Shown in pieces: positions 42,229-53,126 of a stretch of 64,000 nucleotides of DNA. The notes beneath the pieces are model-generated. The model searched no databases, was not told where the DNA came from, and saw nothing but the letters and a program-made list of their open reading frames with translations. Source of the DNA: Alphaproteobacteria bacterium (GTDB taxonomy: Bacteria > Pseudomonadota > Alphaproteobacteria > JACZXZ01); assembly GCA_035294245.1 (NCBI GenBank), contig DATGLG010000012.1:123270-187269 (forward strand). Reading direction: 5' to 3'. The position numbers and the translations under genes are program-made. Position 1 is the first letter of the stretch; each line of letters opens with the position of its first letter.

Positions 42229-42999
42229 ATGGCCGCCAAGCCGAGCCTTGCCTTTCTATCCTCGGAATCCGAGAAGGCGCGGCTTGCGAGAGAGCGGCTC
42301 GTCGACCGCTATGGCTCGGTGCCCGTCGAAGATGCGGATGTCATCGTGCCGCTCGGCGGCGACGGGTTCATGCTGGAGACCCTCCATCGCTACAAAGCGC
42401 TGGCGAAGCCCATCTACGGCATGCAGCGGGGCTCGGTCGGCTTCCTGATGAACGAATACCAGGAAGACGATCTGCCGCTGCGCGTCGCCAAAGCGCAGAG
42501 CTACAAGCTTCATCCCTTGCGCATGCGCGCCAAGACCCTCTCCGGCGAGCAGACGGAGGGCCTCGCCATCAACGAAGTGGCGCTCCTCCGCGAAACCCGG
42601 CAGACTGCCAAGATCCGCATCCAGGTCGACGGCATTGTCCGTCTCGAGGAGCTCATCGGCGACGGCGTGATGGTGTCCACCCCCGCGGGAAGCACGGCCT
42701 ATAATCTCTCCGCCCATGGCCCCATCATCCCGCTCGGCGCCGGGGCCTTGGCGCTCACCCCGATCTGTCCCTTCCGGCCGCGCCGCTGGCGTGGAGCCGT
42801 ATTGCCCTATGCCGCCCGCGTCCTCTTTCAGATTCTCGAGCCGGAGAAACGGCCGGTCAGCGCCGTCGCCGATTTCACCGAGGTGCGCGACGTCGTCGAG
42901 GTCGAGGTGATCGAGGATCGCAGCGTCGGCTTGACACTCCTCTTCGATCCCGAGCACAACCTGGAGGAACGGATCCTCAAGGAGCAATTCACCCCCTGA
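42229..42999 (+). CDS. nadK: NAD+ kinase
   Basis: 256 aa: [36 protein letters not shown]. Confidence 0.9.
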   Translation: MAAKPSLAFLSSESEKARLARERLVDRYGSVPVEDADVIVPLGGDGFMLETLHRYKALAKPIYGMQRGSVGFLMNEYQEDDLPLRVAKAQSYKLHPLRMRAKTLSGEQTEGLAINEVALLRETRQTAKIRIQVDGIVRLEELIGDGVMVSTPAGSTAYNLSAHGPIIPLGAGALALTPICPFRPRRWRGAVLPYAARVLFQILEPEKRPVSAVADFTEVRDVVEVEVIEDRSVGLTLLFDPEHNLEERILKEQFTP

Positions 43000-43061
43000 G
43001 CGCGGACCCGCGGTCGACGCGCTCCGCCGCATCTGCAACCCCCGTAGCACCGGCTAAGGAC

Positions 43062-44234
43062 ATGACCAAGACATCGCCCCAGAGCCGAGAATGGATCGAG
43101 CGCCTCATCGCCTTCCCCACCGTGAGCCGGGATTCCAATCTCGATCTCATCCACTGCATTCGCGACTATCTCGCCGAGCTCGGCATCGATTCGCGGCTCG
43201 TCCACGACGAAAGCGGCCGGAAGGCCAATCTCTACGCGACCATCGGCCCTCAGGATCGCCCCGGGGTGATGCTCTCCGGCCATACGGACGTGGTGCCGGT
43301 CGACGGCCAGGACTGGACGAGCGATCCCTTCAAGGTCGTGGAGCGCGAGGGCAAGCTGTTCGGCCGCGGCACGAGCGACATGAAGAGCTTCATCGCGATC
43401 GTGCTCGCCGCGCTCCCGCGCTTTGCCGGACGCAAGCTCAAGACGCCGATCCATCTCGCCTTCTCCTATGACGAGGAGGTCGGCTGCCTCGGGGTGCGCC
43501 GCCTCATCGCCCAGTTCGACGCGATGCCGATACGCCCCGCCTTCTGCATCGTCGGCGAGCCGACGAGCATGCAGGTCGTGCGCGGGCACAAGGGCAAGCT
43601 GAGCTGCCGCTGCCATGTGCGCGGGCTCGAATCCCATTCGGCGCTCAACCATCTCGGCGTCAACGCGGTCGAGATCGCCGCCGAGATGATCGCATATTTG
43701 CGCCGCATGGGCCGCCGCATCCGCGCCGAAGGCCCGTTCGACGACGGCTTCGATCCGCCCTATACGACCGTTCATACGGGCGTCGTTCACGGCGGCACCC
43801 AGCTCAACATCGTTCCGCGGGACTGCCGTTTCGATTTCGAGTTCCGCCCGCTACCGTCGCATGATCCACGGCCGCTGCTCGCAGAGCTCAAGGCCTTCGC
43901 CGAGCGTGAGCTTCTTCCCGAGATGAAGGCGGTGACGGCGCAAGCGGATATCCGCTGGGAGCCCCTCTCCGAATTCTCTGCGCTCGACACCGACGAGGAC
44001 GCCGAGGTGACCCGCTTCGTCAAGTCGCTGACGGGAAGCAACAGCACGGGAAAGGTCGCCTTCGGCACGGAGGCCGGGCTCTTCTCCCAGGCGCATATCC
44101 CGACCGTGGTCTGCGGCCCCGGCTCGATCGAGCAGGCCCACAAGCCCGACGAATGGATCACCCTCGAGCAGATCGCGCGCTGCGAGGCCTTCATGGGCCG
44201 CCTGCTCGAGCGCGTCAGCCAGGACGGGATCTGA
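43062..44234 (+). CDS. M20-family deacetylase, acetylornithine deacetylase (ArgE)-like
   Basis: 390 aa: LSGHTDVVPVDGQDWTSDPF, GRGTSDMKSF, and the dimerisation-domain pattern. Confidence 0.8.
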   Translation: MTKTSPQSREWIERLIAFPTVSRDSNLDLIHCIRDYLAELGIDSRLVHDESGRKANLYATIGPQDRPGVMLSGHTDVVPVDGQDWTSDPFKVVEREGKLFGRGTSDMKSFIAIVLAALPRFAGRKLKTPIHLAFSYDEEVGCLGVRRLIAQFDAMPIRPAFCIVGEPTSMQVVRGHKGKLSCRCHVRGLESHSALNHLGVNAVEIAAEMIAYLRRMGRRIRAEGPFDDGFDPPYTTVHTGVVHGGTQLNIVPRDCRFDFEFRPLPSHDPRPLLAELKAFAERELLPEMKAVTAQADIRWEPLSEFSALDTDEDAEVTRFVKSLTGSNSTGKVAFGTEAGLFSQAHIPTVVCGPGSIEQAHKPDEWITLEQIARCEAFMGRLLERVSQDGI

Positions 44235-44238
44235 GACC

Positions 44239-45198
44239 GTGACGGACGACGAAGTCCTCCGCCCTCCCGACATCTCGCGCTGGCGCGACGGGAATACCGG
44301 CGTCGACTATGTCCATCGGCGCGGCGCGCGCGCGCCGGGACCGCATCTAATGATCACAGCGCTCATGCACGGCAACGAGTCCTGCGGCGCGGTCGCTCTC
44401 GACCGCCTCCTCGCGGAGGACGTCACGCCGCCGCGCGGCACCGTCACCCTGGCCTTCCTCAATATTGCCGCCTACGCCCATATCGACCCCGACAAGCCCG
44501 AGCGCGGGCGTTATGTCGACGAGGACATGAACCGGCTGTGGTCAGCGCCCCGCCTCGAGGGAACGGAAGCGAGCTCGGAGCTGGCCCGGGCCAGGGCGAT
44601 CCGGCCCTTCGTCGACCAGGCCGACCATCTCCTCGATCTCCATTCGATGACGGAGGGCGACACTCCGCTCCTCCTCTGCGGCATGACGGCCAAAGGCCGC
44701 AAGCTGGCGCGCCGGGTCGGCTATCCGGCAACCGTGGTCGCCGATCCGGGCCATGCCGGCGGCACGCGCCTGCGCGATTACGGCCCATTCGGCGTGGAGA
44801 GCAGCGAGAAATCCGCCCTCCTCGTGGAATGCGGCGCGCATTTCGCGGCGGCGAGCGCCGTCGTCGCGCTGGAGACCGTATGCCGCTTCCTCGCCGCCTT
44901 CGACATGCTGCCCCGTAATTTCGTAGGACGGCAGCAAAGCGATCGCTCCGCCGGGCCGCAGCGGTTGATCGAAGTCACCGACGTGATCACGATCACGACC
45001 GACGCTTTCGCGTTCACCTATCCGTGCCGGCCCCTCGAGGCCATTCCCCAGGCGGGAACCTTGCTCGCGCGCGACGGGGTCCGGGAAATCCGCACGCCTT
45101 ACGACAATTGCGTCCCGATCATGCCGGCCCGTCGTCTGACGCGAGGCCTTACCGCCGTCCGGCTCGGCCGTGTCGTGGAGTCGCCGGCAGCTTCGTGA
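44239..45198 (+). CDS. Succinylglutamate desuccinylase/aspartoacylase (AstE/AspA) family zinc hydrolase
   Basis: 319 aa with a GTG start. It has ALMHGNESCG and DLHSM. Confidence 0.7.
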   Translation: MTDDEVLRPPDISRWRDGNTGVDYVHRRGARAPGPHLMITALMHGNESCGAVALDRLLAEDVTPPRGTVTLAFLNIAAYAHIDPDKPERGRYVDEDMNRLWSAPRLEGTEASSELARARAIRPFVDQADHLLDLHSMTEGDTPLLLCGMTAKGRKLARRVGYPATVVADPGHAGGTRLRDYGPFGVESSEKSALLVECGAHFAAASAVVALETVCRFLAAFDMLPRNFVGRQQSDRSAGPQRLIEVTDVITITTDAFAFTYPCRPLEAIPQAGTLLARDGVREIRTPYDNCVPIMPARRLTRGLTAVRLGRVVESPAAS

Positions 45199-45204
45199 CG
45201 CAAC

Positions 45205-46002
45205 TTACACGCATTTGACGGTGAGCCCGCCATCGACAACCAGCTCGGTGCCGGTGATGTAGCGGGCTTCGTCGGAAGCCAGAAAGAGCGCGGCATAGGC
45301 GACGTCCCACGCGTCCCCCATGCGCCCCATCGGACATTGCGCATCCCGGCGCTCGACCATGGCATCGACGCTGTCGCCATAGGCCGCGACGAGGGAGGCA
45401 TGCACCATGGGCGTGTTCATGAGTCCCGGCAGGATGCTGTTGGCGCGGATACCCTTCCGCGCATATTGCAAGGCCACCACCCGCGTGAACTGGATCACCG
45501 CGGCCTTGGTCGCCGAATAGGAGACGTAGGGAACGCCGGTCCAGCGGATGCCGGCGATGGAGGCGATATTGACGATGGCGCCGCCACCCTGCCGCTCCAT
45601 GTGCGGCAGCGCGTACTTGCAAGCAAGAAACATGCTCTTGAGGTTGACGTCGGTCACGCGATCCCAGCTTGCCTCGCTCGTCTCGACGGGACCGCCGACC
45701 TCGACGATGCCGACATTGTTGTGCAGCACGTCGATGCGGCCGAAAGCTGAAATGCAGCGCGACACCAGCGCCTCGACCTGATCCGCGTGCGCCACGTCGC
45801 AGGCGGCGACCTCGCATATGCCGCCTTCGTCGGCGATGATGCGCTTCGTCTCCGTCGCCGCCTCGAGATTGATGTCGGCGGCGAGCACCTTGGCGCCCTC
45901 GCGCGCAAATAGAACGGCGGCGGCCTTGCCGTTGCCCCAGCCCGGTCCGATCGAGCCCGCGCCGATGACCAAGGCAACCTTTCCCTCGAGCCGTCTCCCC
46001 AT
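45205..46002 (-). CDS. Short-chain dehydrogenase/reductase
   Basis: Trimmed to the ATG at 46002, which is preceded by GGGGAGGGA. An alternative ATG at 46020 overlaps the upstream stop. It has GKVALVIGAGSIGPGWG, NNVG and YSATKAA. Confidence 0.9.
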   Translation of the reverse strand: MGRRLEGKVALVIGAGSIGPGWGNGKAAAVLFAREGAKVLAADINLEAATETKRIIADEGGICEVAACDVAHADQVEALVSRCISAFGRIDVLHNNVGIVEVGGPVETSEASWDRVTDVNLKSMFLACKYALPHMERQGGGAIVNIASIAGIRWTGVPYVSYSATKAAVIQFTRVVALQYARKGIRANSILPGLMNTPMVHASLVAAYGDSVDAMVERRDAQCPMGRMGDAWDVAYAALFLASDEARYITGTELVVDGGLTVKCV

Positions 46003-46016
46003 TTCCGTCCCTCCCC

Positions 46017-47555
46017 TCATGCGCTCTCGCGTTCCGTCAATATGCGCCTCAGCTCGGTCTTCAGCACCTTGCCGTAGTTGTTCTTCGGAAGGGCCTCGAC
46101 GAAGCAATAGGATTTCGGGCGCTTGAAGCGCGCAATGTTGTCGAGGCAGAGCCGGTCGAGCGTCGCGGCGTCAACGGCGGCACCTGTGCGGCACACAACG
46201 AAGGCGACAACCTCCTCGCCCCAATCCGCATGGGGACGACCGACCACGGCGACCTCGCTCACCGCGGCATGCGTGAGGAGCACCTCCTCGACCTCGCGGG
46301 GATAGATATTGGAGCCGCCGCTGATGATGAGGTCCTTGGAGCGGTCCTTGAGGGTGAGAAAGCCGTCTTCGTCGAGGGTGCCGACATCGCCCGTATGCAG
46401 CCAGCCGCCGCGGAGGGTCTCGGCCGTGACCTCTGGGTTGTTCCAATAGCCCTTCATCACCGCATCGCCCCGGGCCAGGACCTCGCCCACCTCTCCGGCC
46501 GGCAATGTGCGGTCGCTCTCGTCGGCGATGCGCACCGCCATGCCCGTGAACGGCGTTCCCGCCGAGCCGAGGCGATGCTCGTAGCGCGGATGCTCCCGCT
46601 CGCGATGCCGGGCCCGCGACAGGCAGGTGATGGTCATCGGGCTCTCGCCCTGGCCGTAGATCTGCACCAGCTTGCCGCCCAGCACGTCGAGCGCCTTCTT
46701 GAGATCAGCGACATACATCGGCCCGCCGCCATAGACGATGGTCTTGAGGTTCTGCAGCGCCGCCTCTCGGACCCGCGGATAATCGATCAGGCGGCGCACC
46801 ATGGTCGGCGCTTGGAACATGGTCACGCCGCGACAGCGGCCCAGCAAGTCGCAGATCTCGGCAGGATCGTAGCCGCCGCTCTCGGGCACGCTGTTGCATG
46901 CGCCCTTCGCGACATGGGGCATGATGTAGAGTCCGGAGCCGTGGGACATGGGTGCGGCGTGGATGATGCAGTCCTGCTCGCCGATCGCGTCGACATCTGC
47001 CAGATAGCAAAGCGTCTCCGCCGTGAGGTTGCGGTGGGTCAGCATGACGCCTTTGGGCCGGCCGGTCGTGCCGCTCGTGTAGAAGAGCCAGGCGACGTCC
47101 TCGGGCAGGCGCGAGGCCATGGCGATCGGCTCATTCTCGAGAAGACGCGCGTAGTCCCGGCTCGGCACTTCGACGAGATGCCGCATGGCCTCCGGTTGCG
47201 GCGCGACTCCGGCCAGCCCGGAGGCGAGATCGGCGCTGGCGAAACAAACGCGGCTGCCGCTGTTTTCGAGAATAAAGGCGATCTCGCGGGGGTGAAGCTT
47301 CGCATTTACCGGCACCGCCACGAGGCCGGCATGCCACACGGCATAGAGGATTTCGGGATACTCGGCGATATTCCGCATGACGAGAGCCACGCGGTCGCCG
47401 GGCTCGAGCCTGAAGCGGGTCAGCAGCCCTCCGGCGAGCCTGGCCACGCGCGCGCCGAGAGTGCGATAATCGAAGAGGGTCTTTTCGCCGATCGATACCG
47501 CCGGGTGAGTCGGGAAATGCCGCGCCGTATTGACCAGCATCTGTGCGATGTTCAT
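46017..47555 (-). CDS. AMP-dependent acyl-CoA synthetase/ligase
   Basis: Trimmed to the ATG at 47555, which is preceded by GGAGGA. It has [26 protein letters not shown] and the C-terminal KNNYGKV. Confidence 0.9.
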   Translation of the reverse strand: MNIAQMLVNTARHFPTHPAVSIGEKTLFDYRTLGARVARLAGGLLTRFRLEPGDRVALVMRNIAEYPEILYAVWHAGLVAVPVNAKLHPREIAFILENSGSRVCFASADLASGLAGVAPQPEAMRHLVEVPSRDYARLLENEPIAMASRLPEDVAWLFYTSGTTGRPKGVMLTHRNLTAETLCYLADVDAIGEQDCIIHAAPMSHGSGLYIMPHVAKGACNSVPESGGYDPAEICDLLGRCRGVTMFQAPTMVRRLIDYPRVREAALQNLKTIVYGGGPMYVADLKKALDVLGGKLVQIYGQGESPMTITCLSRARHREREHPRYEHRLGSAGTPFTGMAVRIADESDRTLPAGEVGEVLARGDAVMKGYWNNPEVTAETLRGGWLHTGDVGTLDEDGFLTLKDRSKDLIISGGSNIYPREVEEVLLTHAAVSEVAVVGRPHADWGEEVVAFVVCRTGAAVDAATLDRLCLDNIARFKRPKSYCFVEALPKNNYGKVLKTELRRILTERESA

Positions 47556-47664
47556 CCGTCCTCCGAGGCTGCCTCGACGCACCCCTCGGCCGTAGCGCGC
47601 ACCTCGCGCGGCGGCCCGCCCAGCACCATATCGAAGGGGCGGGAGGGGCGGCAATGATGGAGGA

Positions 47665-48381
47665 TTGCATATCATGAAAAGGCTCGCCGCCGCCGCGGCC
47701 GTGATCTTCATGGGCCTCTTTGCCTCGACCGCCCATGCCGATCTTGCGCGAGGACGCGCCGCATTCGAGCAAGGCAATTACACGCTGGCTTATCAGGAGC
47801 TCATCCCCGATGCGCAAACCGGCAATGGGGAGGCGGAATACCTGATTGGCGAAATGGCCGCGGACGGATTGGGCATGTCGCGAAGCTACGCGCTGGCCGC
47901 GCGCTGGTATGCCATGGCCGCGCGGGCAGGCTACGAGCCCGCGAATCTTACCCTCGGCCTCCTCTACCTGCATGGCGCCGGGGATGAGGACGATCCGACG
48001 GCCGTCGCCGCCGACCCGAGCAAGGCCGTCCCCTATATCCAGGCGGCCGCCCATAGCGGCGACAGGAATGCGGAATACCTCCTCGGGCAACTTTACTTCC
48101 AAGGGACCGGCGTGCCCCAGGACTTCGCGCGCGCCTACGAATACACGCTCAAGGCGGCGAATGCCGCCCTCCCCGAAGCGGAATACAATGCGGGGATCAT
48201 GGCGCTGAAAGGCGCCGGCACGACGGCGAATCCCGTCGAAGCGTATAAGTGGTTCGCCTTGGCGGCCGCCGCCCATTATCCCGGCGCTGAGCAAAACCGC
48301 CAGGCCGTGCTCGGGCAATTGTCGCCCGAGGATGCGGTCAAGGCCAAGGCCCTGGTCGACGCCTTTCGGCCGACGCCGTGA
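47665..48381 (+). CDS. Exported Sel1-repeat (TPR-like) protein
   Basis: It has a signal peptide (MKRLAAAAAVIFMGLFASTAHA) and repeated A..WY..AA..G...A...LG.LY..G units. Confidence 0.8.
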   Translation: MHIMKRLAAAAAVIFMGLFASTAHADLARGRAAFEQGNYTLAYQELIPDAQTGNGEAEYLIGEMAADGLGMSRSYALAARWYAMAARAGYEPANLTLGLLYLHGAGDEDDPTAVAADPSKAVPYIQAAAHSGDRNAEYLLGQLYFQGTGVPQDFARAYEYTLKAANAALPEAEYNAGIMALKGAGTTANPVEAYKWFALAAAAHYPGAEQNRQAVLGQLSPEDAVKAKALVDAFRPTP

Positions 48382-48498
48382 GCCCAGCCCGCCGGCCTCT
48401 CGATCGCGGGCTGACTCATCCTTCCCTTGCGGCTCACCAAGCCGCGTCGTTTACTAATGACAAAACGGCCCATAGGGCGAGAAACGCAGGGAGGTTCC

Positions 48499-50115
48499 AT
48501 GGAAGGCACGATGATGCGCTTCCCCTTGACGCTGCCGGCCATTCTGGAGCACGCCGGCAAGCTCCACGGGGAAGCCGAGATCGTTTCCCGCCTGCCCGAC
48601 AAATCGCTGCACCGATATCGCTTCGCCGATTTCTACCGGCGGGCGCGGCGTCTCGCCGGGGCGCTGCAGAAGGCGGGGCTCGCGCGCGGCGACCGCGTCG
48701 CGACCCTGATGTGGAATCATTACGCGCATGTCGAGGCCTATTTCGGCATCCCCGCCGCCGGCGGGGTCTTCCATACCCTCAATTTGCGCCTCTTCCCCGA
48801 CGACATCGCCTATATCGTGAACCACGCCGGCGACCGCTTCCTGATTGTCGACGATGTCCTCCTCCCGCTCTACGAGAAATTCCGCGACAAGGTGAAGTTC
48901 GAGCGCGTCTTCGTCGTGTCTTTGACCGGCAAGCCCGTCCCCGCAGACTACGAGGACTATGAAGCCCTGCTCCAGAGCGCCGCTGGCGAATTCGCGCCGC
49001 CCGCACTCGACGAATACGACGCCTGCGGCATGTGCTACACCTCCGGGACCACAGGCCGCCCCAAGGGGGTCGTCTACAGCCATCGCGCCCTGGTGCTGCA
49101 TTCCTTCTGCATCTGCTTGCCCGACTGCTTCGCCCTTTCGATGCGGCAGACGGTGATGCCAGTCGTCCCCATGTTCCATGTCAATGCCTGGGGACTCCCC
49201 TTCGCCTGCATCATGGCCGGGGCCAAGCTGGTGATGCCGGGGCCGCATCTCGATGCGCAGAATCTGGTCGAGCTCTTCTCGCAGGAGCAAGTGACCCTCT
49301 CAGCCGGCGTGCCGTCGCTGTGGTTCGGCGTGCTCGAGATCCTGCAGCGAGAGCGCGGCAAATATCGGCTGGCGCCCGGCATGCGCCTGCTCGTCGGCGG
49401 TTCCGCCTGCCCCGAATCGATGATTCGCGCTTTCGACGCGCTCGGGGTTCAGGTTCTGCATGCCTGGGGCATGACCGAGATGTCGCCGGTGGGCACTGGT
49501 GGCGTGCTGAAGCCGCGCCTCGATCAATGCGATGCCGATACGCGCTACGCCTATCGCGCCAAGCAGGGCCTGCCGCTGCCCTTCGTCGAGACGCGCGTCG
49601 TCAACGACGATGGCGTCGCCGCCTGGGATGGCGAGTCCGTGGGCGAGCTCCAAGTGCGCGGTCCCTGGGTCGCCGCCAGCTATTACAAGCCCGAGGATAA
49701 GGTCGCGAGCTGGACCGAGGATGGCTGGTTCCGCACCGGCGACGTGGCCAAGATCGACCCCGAAGGCTACGTCAAGCTCACCGACCGCACCAAGGACCTC
49801 ATCAAATCCGGCGGCGAATGGATCAGCTCCCAGGATCTCGAGAGCGCGCTGATGGGCCACCCCGCCGTGCTCGAAGCGGCGGTCATCGCGGTGCCGCACC
49901 CCAAATGGCAGGAGCGTCCCCTCGCCTGCGTTGTGCTGAGGAAGGGCTCCCACGCGACGGCCGAGGAGCTCAGATCCTATCTCGCCGACAAATTTGCGCG
50001 CTGGTGGCTGCCCGATGCCGTCGAGTTCCTCGACGAGATCCCGAAGACGTCGACCGGCAAGTTCCAGAAGCTCAAGCTCCGCGAGCGCTTCAAGGACTAC
50101 AAGCTGGCGAGTTGA
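48499..50115 (+). CDS. Long-chain/medium-chain fatty-acid--CoA ligase
   Basis: Trimmed to the ATG at 48499, which is preceded by GCAGGGAGG. It has [27 protein letters not shown] and [10 protein letters not shown]. Confidence 0.9.
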   Translation: MEGTMMRFPLTLPAILEHAGKLHGEAEIVSRLPDKSLHRYRFADFYRRARRLAGALQKAGLARGDRVATLMWNHYAHVEAYFGIPAAGGVFHTLNLRLFPDDIAYIVNHAGDRFLIVDDVLLPLYEKFRDKVKFERVFVVSLTGKPVPADYEDYEALLQSAAGEFAPPALDEYDACGMCYTSGTTGRPKGVVYSHRALVLHSFCICLPDCFALSMRQTVMPVVPMFHVNAWGLPFACIMAGAKLVMPGPHLDAQNLVELFSQEQVTLSAGVPSLWFGVLEILQRERGKYRLAPGMRLLVGGSACPESMIRAFDALGVQVLHAWGMTEMSPVGTGGVLKPRLDQCDADTRYAYRAKQGLPLPFVETRVVNDDGVAAWDGESVGELQVRGPWVAASYYKPEDKVASWTEDGWFRTGDVAKIDPEGYVKLTDRTKDLIKSGGEWISSQDLESALMGHPAVLEAAVIAVPHPKWQERPLACVVLRKGSHATAEELRSYLADKFARWWLPDAVEFLDEIPKTSTGKFQKLKLRERFKDYKLAS

Positions 50116-51135
50116 TCAGCTCCGCCAGCGCAGCGTGCGCTCCTTCACCGGGTTTTGGAAGGACCGTCCCTGCTCGTGCGCCGCGGCATATTCCTTCTTG
50201 AGGCGATAATACCATTTCGCCTGGGTATCGGCGTCGTCGATGAGCATGAGCGGCGGCTCATGCCTGAGCCCCGCCTGCTGCAATGCCACGATCCTGCGAT
50301 CTTGATCGAGAAAGGCGCGGGCGAAGGGCCGCAAGAAGGGCTTGAGAGGCAGGAGCCATGGCATGGTCCAATAAATTGCATGGCTCACCAAGGTCTCGGC
50401 CTCGCTGATCGGCGTTACCGCCGTCAAGCCGCAGAGAACGTGCCGCCCCGACCGGACATGCTCGATGCGGACACCCGGCAGCCGGAAGCTGATCTCGGTC
50501 GATATGTCGCCGCCCAGCAAGCGATAGGCGGCCGAGTTGCGGCTTGGGCGATGCCGGACCATGCGCCAGCCGAGCTCCGCAGGCTCGAATTTCCGCACCT
50601 TCTCGTGGATCGAGCGGCGTGAGCGCCACCACCAGGCGCGGTGGACGAACGGGCCGTGAGCGGGATCCATGAGCCCCACGACCGCATGATCGATGTTGCA
50701 GGGGAAGATCATGTCCTCGAAGAGTTGCGGGGGCCGCTCGCCGATCTCCGGCACCATCGGCACGTCGGGGAACGCGCCGTTCTCCCGGCCGAAATAGATC
50801 CAAAGGTTCCCTTGCGCCTCGCGGCAGGGATAACGCTTCACCTTGACGCGCGAGACGTCGATCCTGCTGCCGTCCGTAAGCGAGGGAATGGCGGTGCAGC
50901 GTCCTTCGGTATTGAAGCGCCACCCGTGATAGCAGCACTCGACCTCAGCGCCGTCGAACGTGCCGTCCGACAAGGGAATGCCGCGATGCGGACAGATGTC
51001 GCGAAGCGCGAAGGGCTTGCCGTCCCGCGCCCGCCCCACGAGGATCGGCTCGCCCAGAAGCGTAACCCCGATGGTGCGCCCCGGCTTGAGCCGGCTCCCG
51101 GGCATCGCGAAATACCACAGGCTTTCCAGGAACAT
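50116..51135 (-). CDS. Rieske [2Fe-2S] non-haem-iron oxygenase (PaO/VanA-like single-component alpha type)
   Basis: It has the Rieske motif CPHRGIPL...CCYHGWRF and the mononuclear iron motif NIDHAVVGLMDPAHGPFVH. Its stop abuts the stop of the convergent ligase gene (50115/50116). Confidence 0.85.
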   Translation of the reverse strand: MFLESLWYFAMPGSRLKPGRTIGVTLLGEPILVGRARDGKPFALRDICPHRGIPLSDGTFDGAEVECCYHGWRFNTEGRCTAIPSLTDGSRIDVSRVKVKRYPCREAQGNLWIYFGRENGAFPDVPMVPEIGERPPQLFEDMIFPCNIDHAVVGLMDPAHGPFVHRAWWWRSRRSIHEKVRKFEPAELGWRMVRHRPSRNSAAYRLLGGDISTEISFRLPGVRIEHVRSGRHVLCGLTAVTPISEAETLVSHAIYWTMPWLLPLKPFLRPFARAFLDQDRRIVALQQAGLRHEPPLMLIDDADTQAKWYYRLKKEYAAAHEQGRSFQNPVKERTLRWRS

Positions 51136-51222
51136 GGCCGAGAGCAGTAGCGGATCGGCCGAGCGCTTACAAGCGGGATCGAATGCGGCCCTTTGACACG
51201 TGGGCGCCGCCGGCCGAGCGGC

Positions 51223-52011
51223 TCAGTCGCGGTAGCCCGGGTCCTTCGCGTCGAGCAGACGGAGCAGCGCCGGCCAGGCCAGCTGCGCCGGCCGTTCCCG
51301 GGTCATTCCCGCGCGCGTCTGCTGCGCCACGACCTCCTGAACCTCTTTGGACGGCATTACGAGATCGCGCCCGCCCGCGAGCGCCGCGACCTGGATGGCG
51401 CAGGCGCGCTCGATCGTGAAGATGCGAAGGAACGCATCCTCCACAGTCGGCCCGCAGGCCAGTGTGCCATGATTGCGCAGGATCATCAGGTTCTTGTTGC
51501 CGAGATCGCGAACGAGCCGCTCTCGCTCGCCGAGATCGAGGGCAATCCCCTCGTAATCGTGATAGGCGAGCGACGCCAGCGCGACCATGGCCGTCTGGGA
51601 CAGCGGCAGCAGCCCATCCTTCTGCGCCGAGACGGCGGCGCCGTCGCGCGTGTGCAGATGGATGACGCAGGCGACGTCCGCGCGCGCCATATGAATGGCG
51701 CTGTGAATCGTGAAGCCGGCCGGATTGATGGCGTATTCCGAAGGCGTGACGATATTTCCGTCGAGATCGATCTTCACCAGCGATGAGGCAGTGATCTCAT
51801 GGAACATCATCCCGTAGGGGTTGATGAGGAAATGATGCGCGGGGCCCGGGACGCGCGCGGAGATATGGGTGAAGATCAGGTCGTCCCAGCCGTAATGGGC
51901 GACGAGCCGATAGCACGCGGCGAGATCGACGCGCACGCGCCATTCGTCGGGCGTGACTTGCTCTCGCATCGAGTTGCGGATTTCCCTGGCCACGGTGGTG
52001 CGCATATTCAT
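51223..52011 (-). CDS. Class II aldolase/adducin-domain protein
   Basis: Trimmed to the ATG at 52011. It has FTHISARVPG, FTIHSAIHMARADVACVIHLHT and LRNHG. Confidence 0.85.
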   Translation of the reverse strand: MNMRTTVAREIRNSMREQVTPDEWRVRVDLAACYRLVAHYGWDDLIFTHISARVPGPAHHFLINPYGMMFHEITASSLVKIDLDGNIVTPSEYAINPAGFTIHSAIHMARADVACVIHLHTRDGAAVSAQKDGLLPLSQTAMVALASLAYHDYEGIALDLGERERLVRDLGNKNLMILRNHGTLACGPTVEDAFLRIFTIERACAIQVAALAGGRDLVMPSKEVQEVVAQQTRAGMTRERPAQLAWPALLRLLDAKDPGYRD

Positions 52012-52055
52012 CGCGGCATTCTCCCGGTAGAACGTCTTGCTCAACCCTTGCCAGC

Positions 52056-53126
52056 TTAGCATGGCGGCGGAGGAACGCCATCCCGTGCGGGCGAGGATTC
52101 GTGCTGTCGATGTCGGGCCAATCGTCGCTCCACGGTGGCGACCACCGCCGCGAGCGGAATCGCCTCCATCGTCGTGCCGCCGAAATCCTGGGCACGCAGC
52201 ACCGTGAGGTCCCCGATCAGGGGCGCGAACTTGGCCGGGTCCGTCGGACCAAAGAGACTGATGAGCGGGCAATCGGCGGCGGCGAGCATATGAGCGGTGC
52301 CGCAGTCGTTCGACACGGCGAAGGCCAAATGCCGGCCGAGGGCGACGGTGAATATTGGAGACGCGGCAAGCGGGTCCGGCGCCTGCAGGGGAAAGCAAGC
52401 GTCGGGAACCTCCGAGCTCAACCGCGCAAGCCAAGGGCGCTCATCGGGGCCGAGGAGAAAAACCGGCCGCAACGCCAGCGCGCGGCAGCGCCGCGCCAAT
52501 TCGATATAGCGATCGAGCGGCCAGCATTTGTGCCGTCCGCCGGCGCCGGGGACAAGGCCGACGCAAGTCTCGCCCTCCGGCAGGGCGGCGCGGGCCGCCG
52601 CCTCGAAGGCCGCAGGCAGCTTGGACGCCGGCGTGAAGGTCAGCGGCGCGCCCGAGGCAGCGCGAATGAGATCGAGCATTTGGGCGATCATCGCCGGCGG
52701 CTTGCGATAGGGGCGCGCGGGCACGCGGTCGGAAAGCCGGAAATCCGCGGCACCGGAGACGAAAACCTCGTGGCGAATGCGCCGGAGCACGAGTGTCGTC
52801 GGCACGCGCCGCTGGGTGTCGATGACCAGATCGAAGCGGCGTCCAGCGAGGGGGCGATGGAGAAGCTCCGCCAATCGCAGGCCGATCCCGGCGTCCTCGA
52901 TGATCTCGTCGAGATAAGCGGCGACGAGCGGTCGGAGCGCCCCCGCATAAACCGTCTTGCCGATGCCGGCGAGCCAGGTGATGTGAGCCTGCGCCCAGGC
53001 GCCGCGCAAGGCGCGGAGGAACGGGATTTTCATGAACCCGTCCCCCATCAGCTCCAGCCCGGAATAGACGAGAATGGTCCTGGGCGCGAAAGGACTCTTC
53101 GGCGTCATCGCGGCGTCGCCTCGCAT
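52056..53126 (-). CDS. Glycosyltransferase family 9 (heptosyltransferase-like)
   Basis: It has VPGAGGRHKCWPLDRYIEL and VSNDCGTAHMLAAADCPLISLFGPTDP. The track start ATG at 53126 shares 1 nt with the stop of the upstream permease gene. An alternative ATG lies at 53108. Confidence 0.8.
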   Translation of the reverse strand: MRGDAAMTPKSPFAPRTILVYSGLELMGDGFMKIPFLRALRGAWAQAHITWLAGIGKTVYAGALRPLVAAYLDEIIEDAGIGLRLAELLHRPLAGRRFDLVIDTQRRVPTTLVLRRIRHEVFVSGAADFRLSDRVPARPYRKPPAMIAQMLDLIRAASGAPLTFTPASKLPAAFEAAARAALPEGETCVGLVPGAGGRHKCWPLDRYIELARRCRALALRPVFLLGPDERPWLARLSSEVPDACFPLQAPDPLAASPIFTVALGRHLAFAVSNDCGTAHMLAAADCPLISLFGPTDPAKFAPLIGDLTVLRAQDFGGTTMEAIPLAAVVATVERRLARHRQHESSPARDGVPPPPC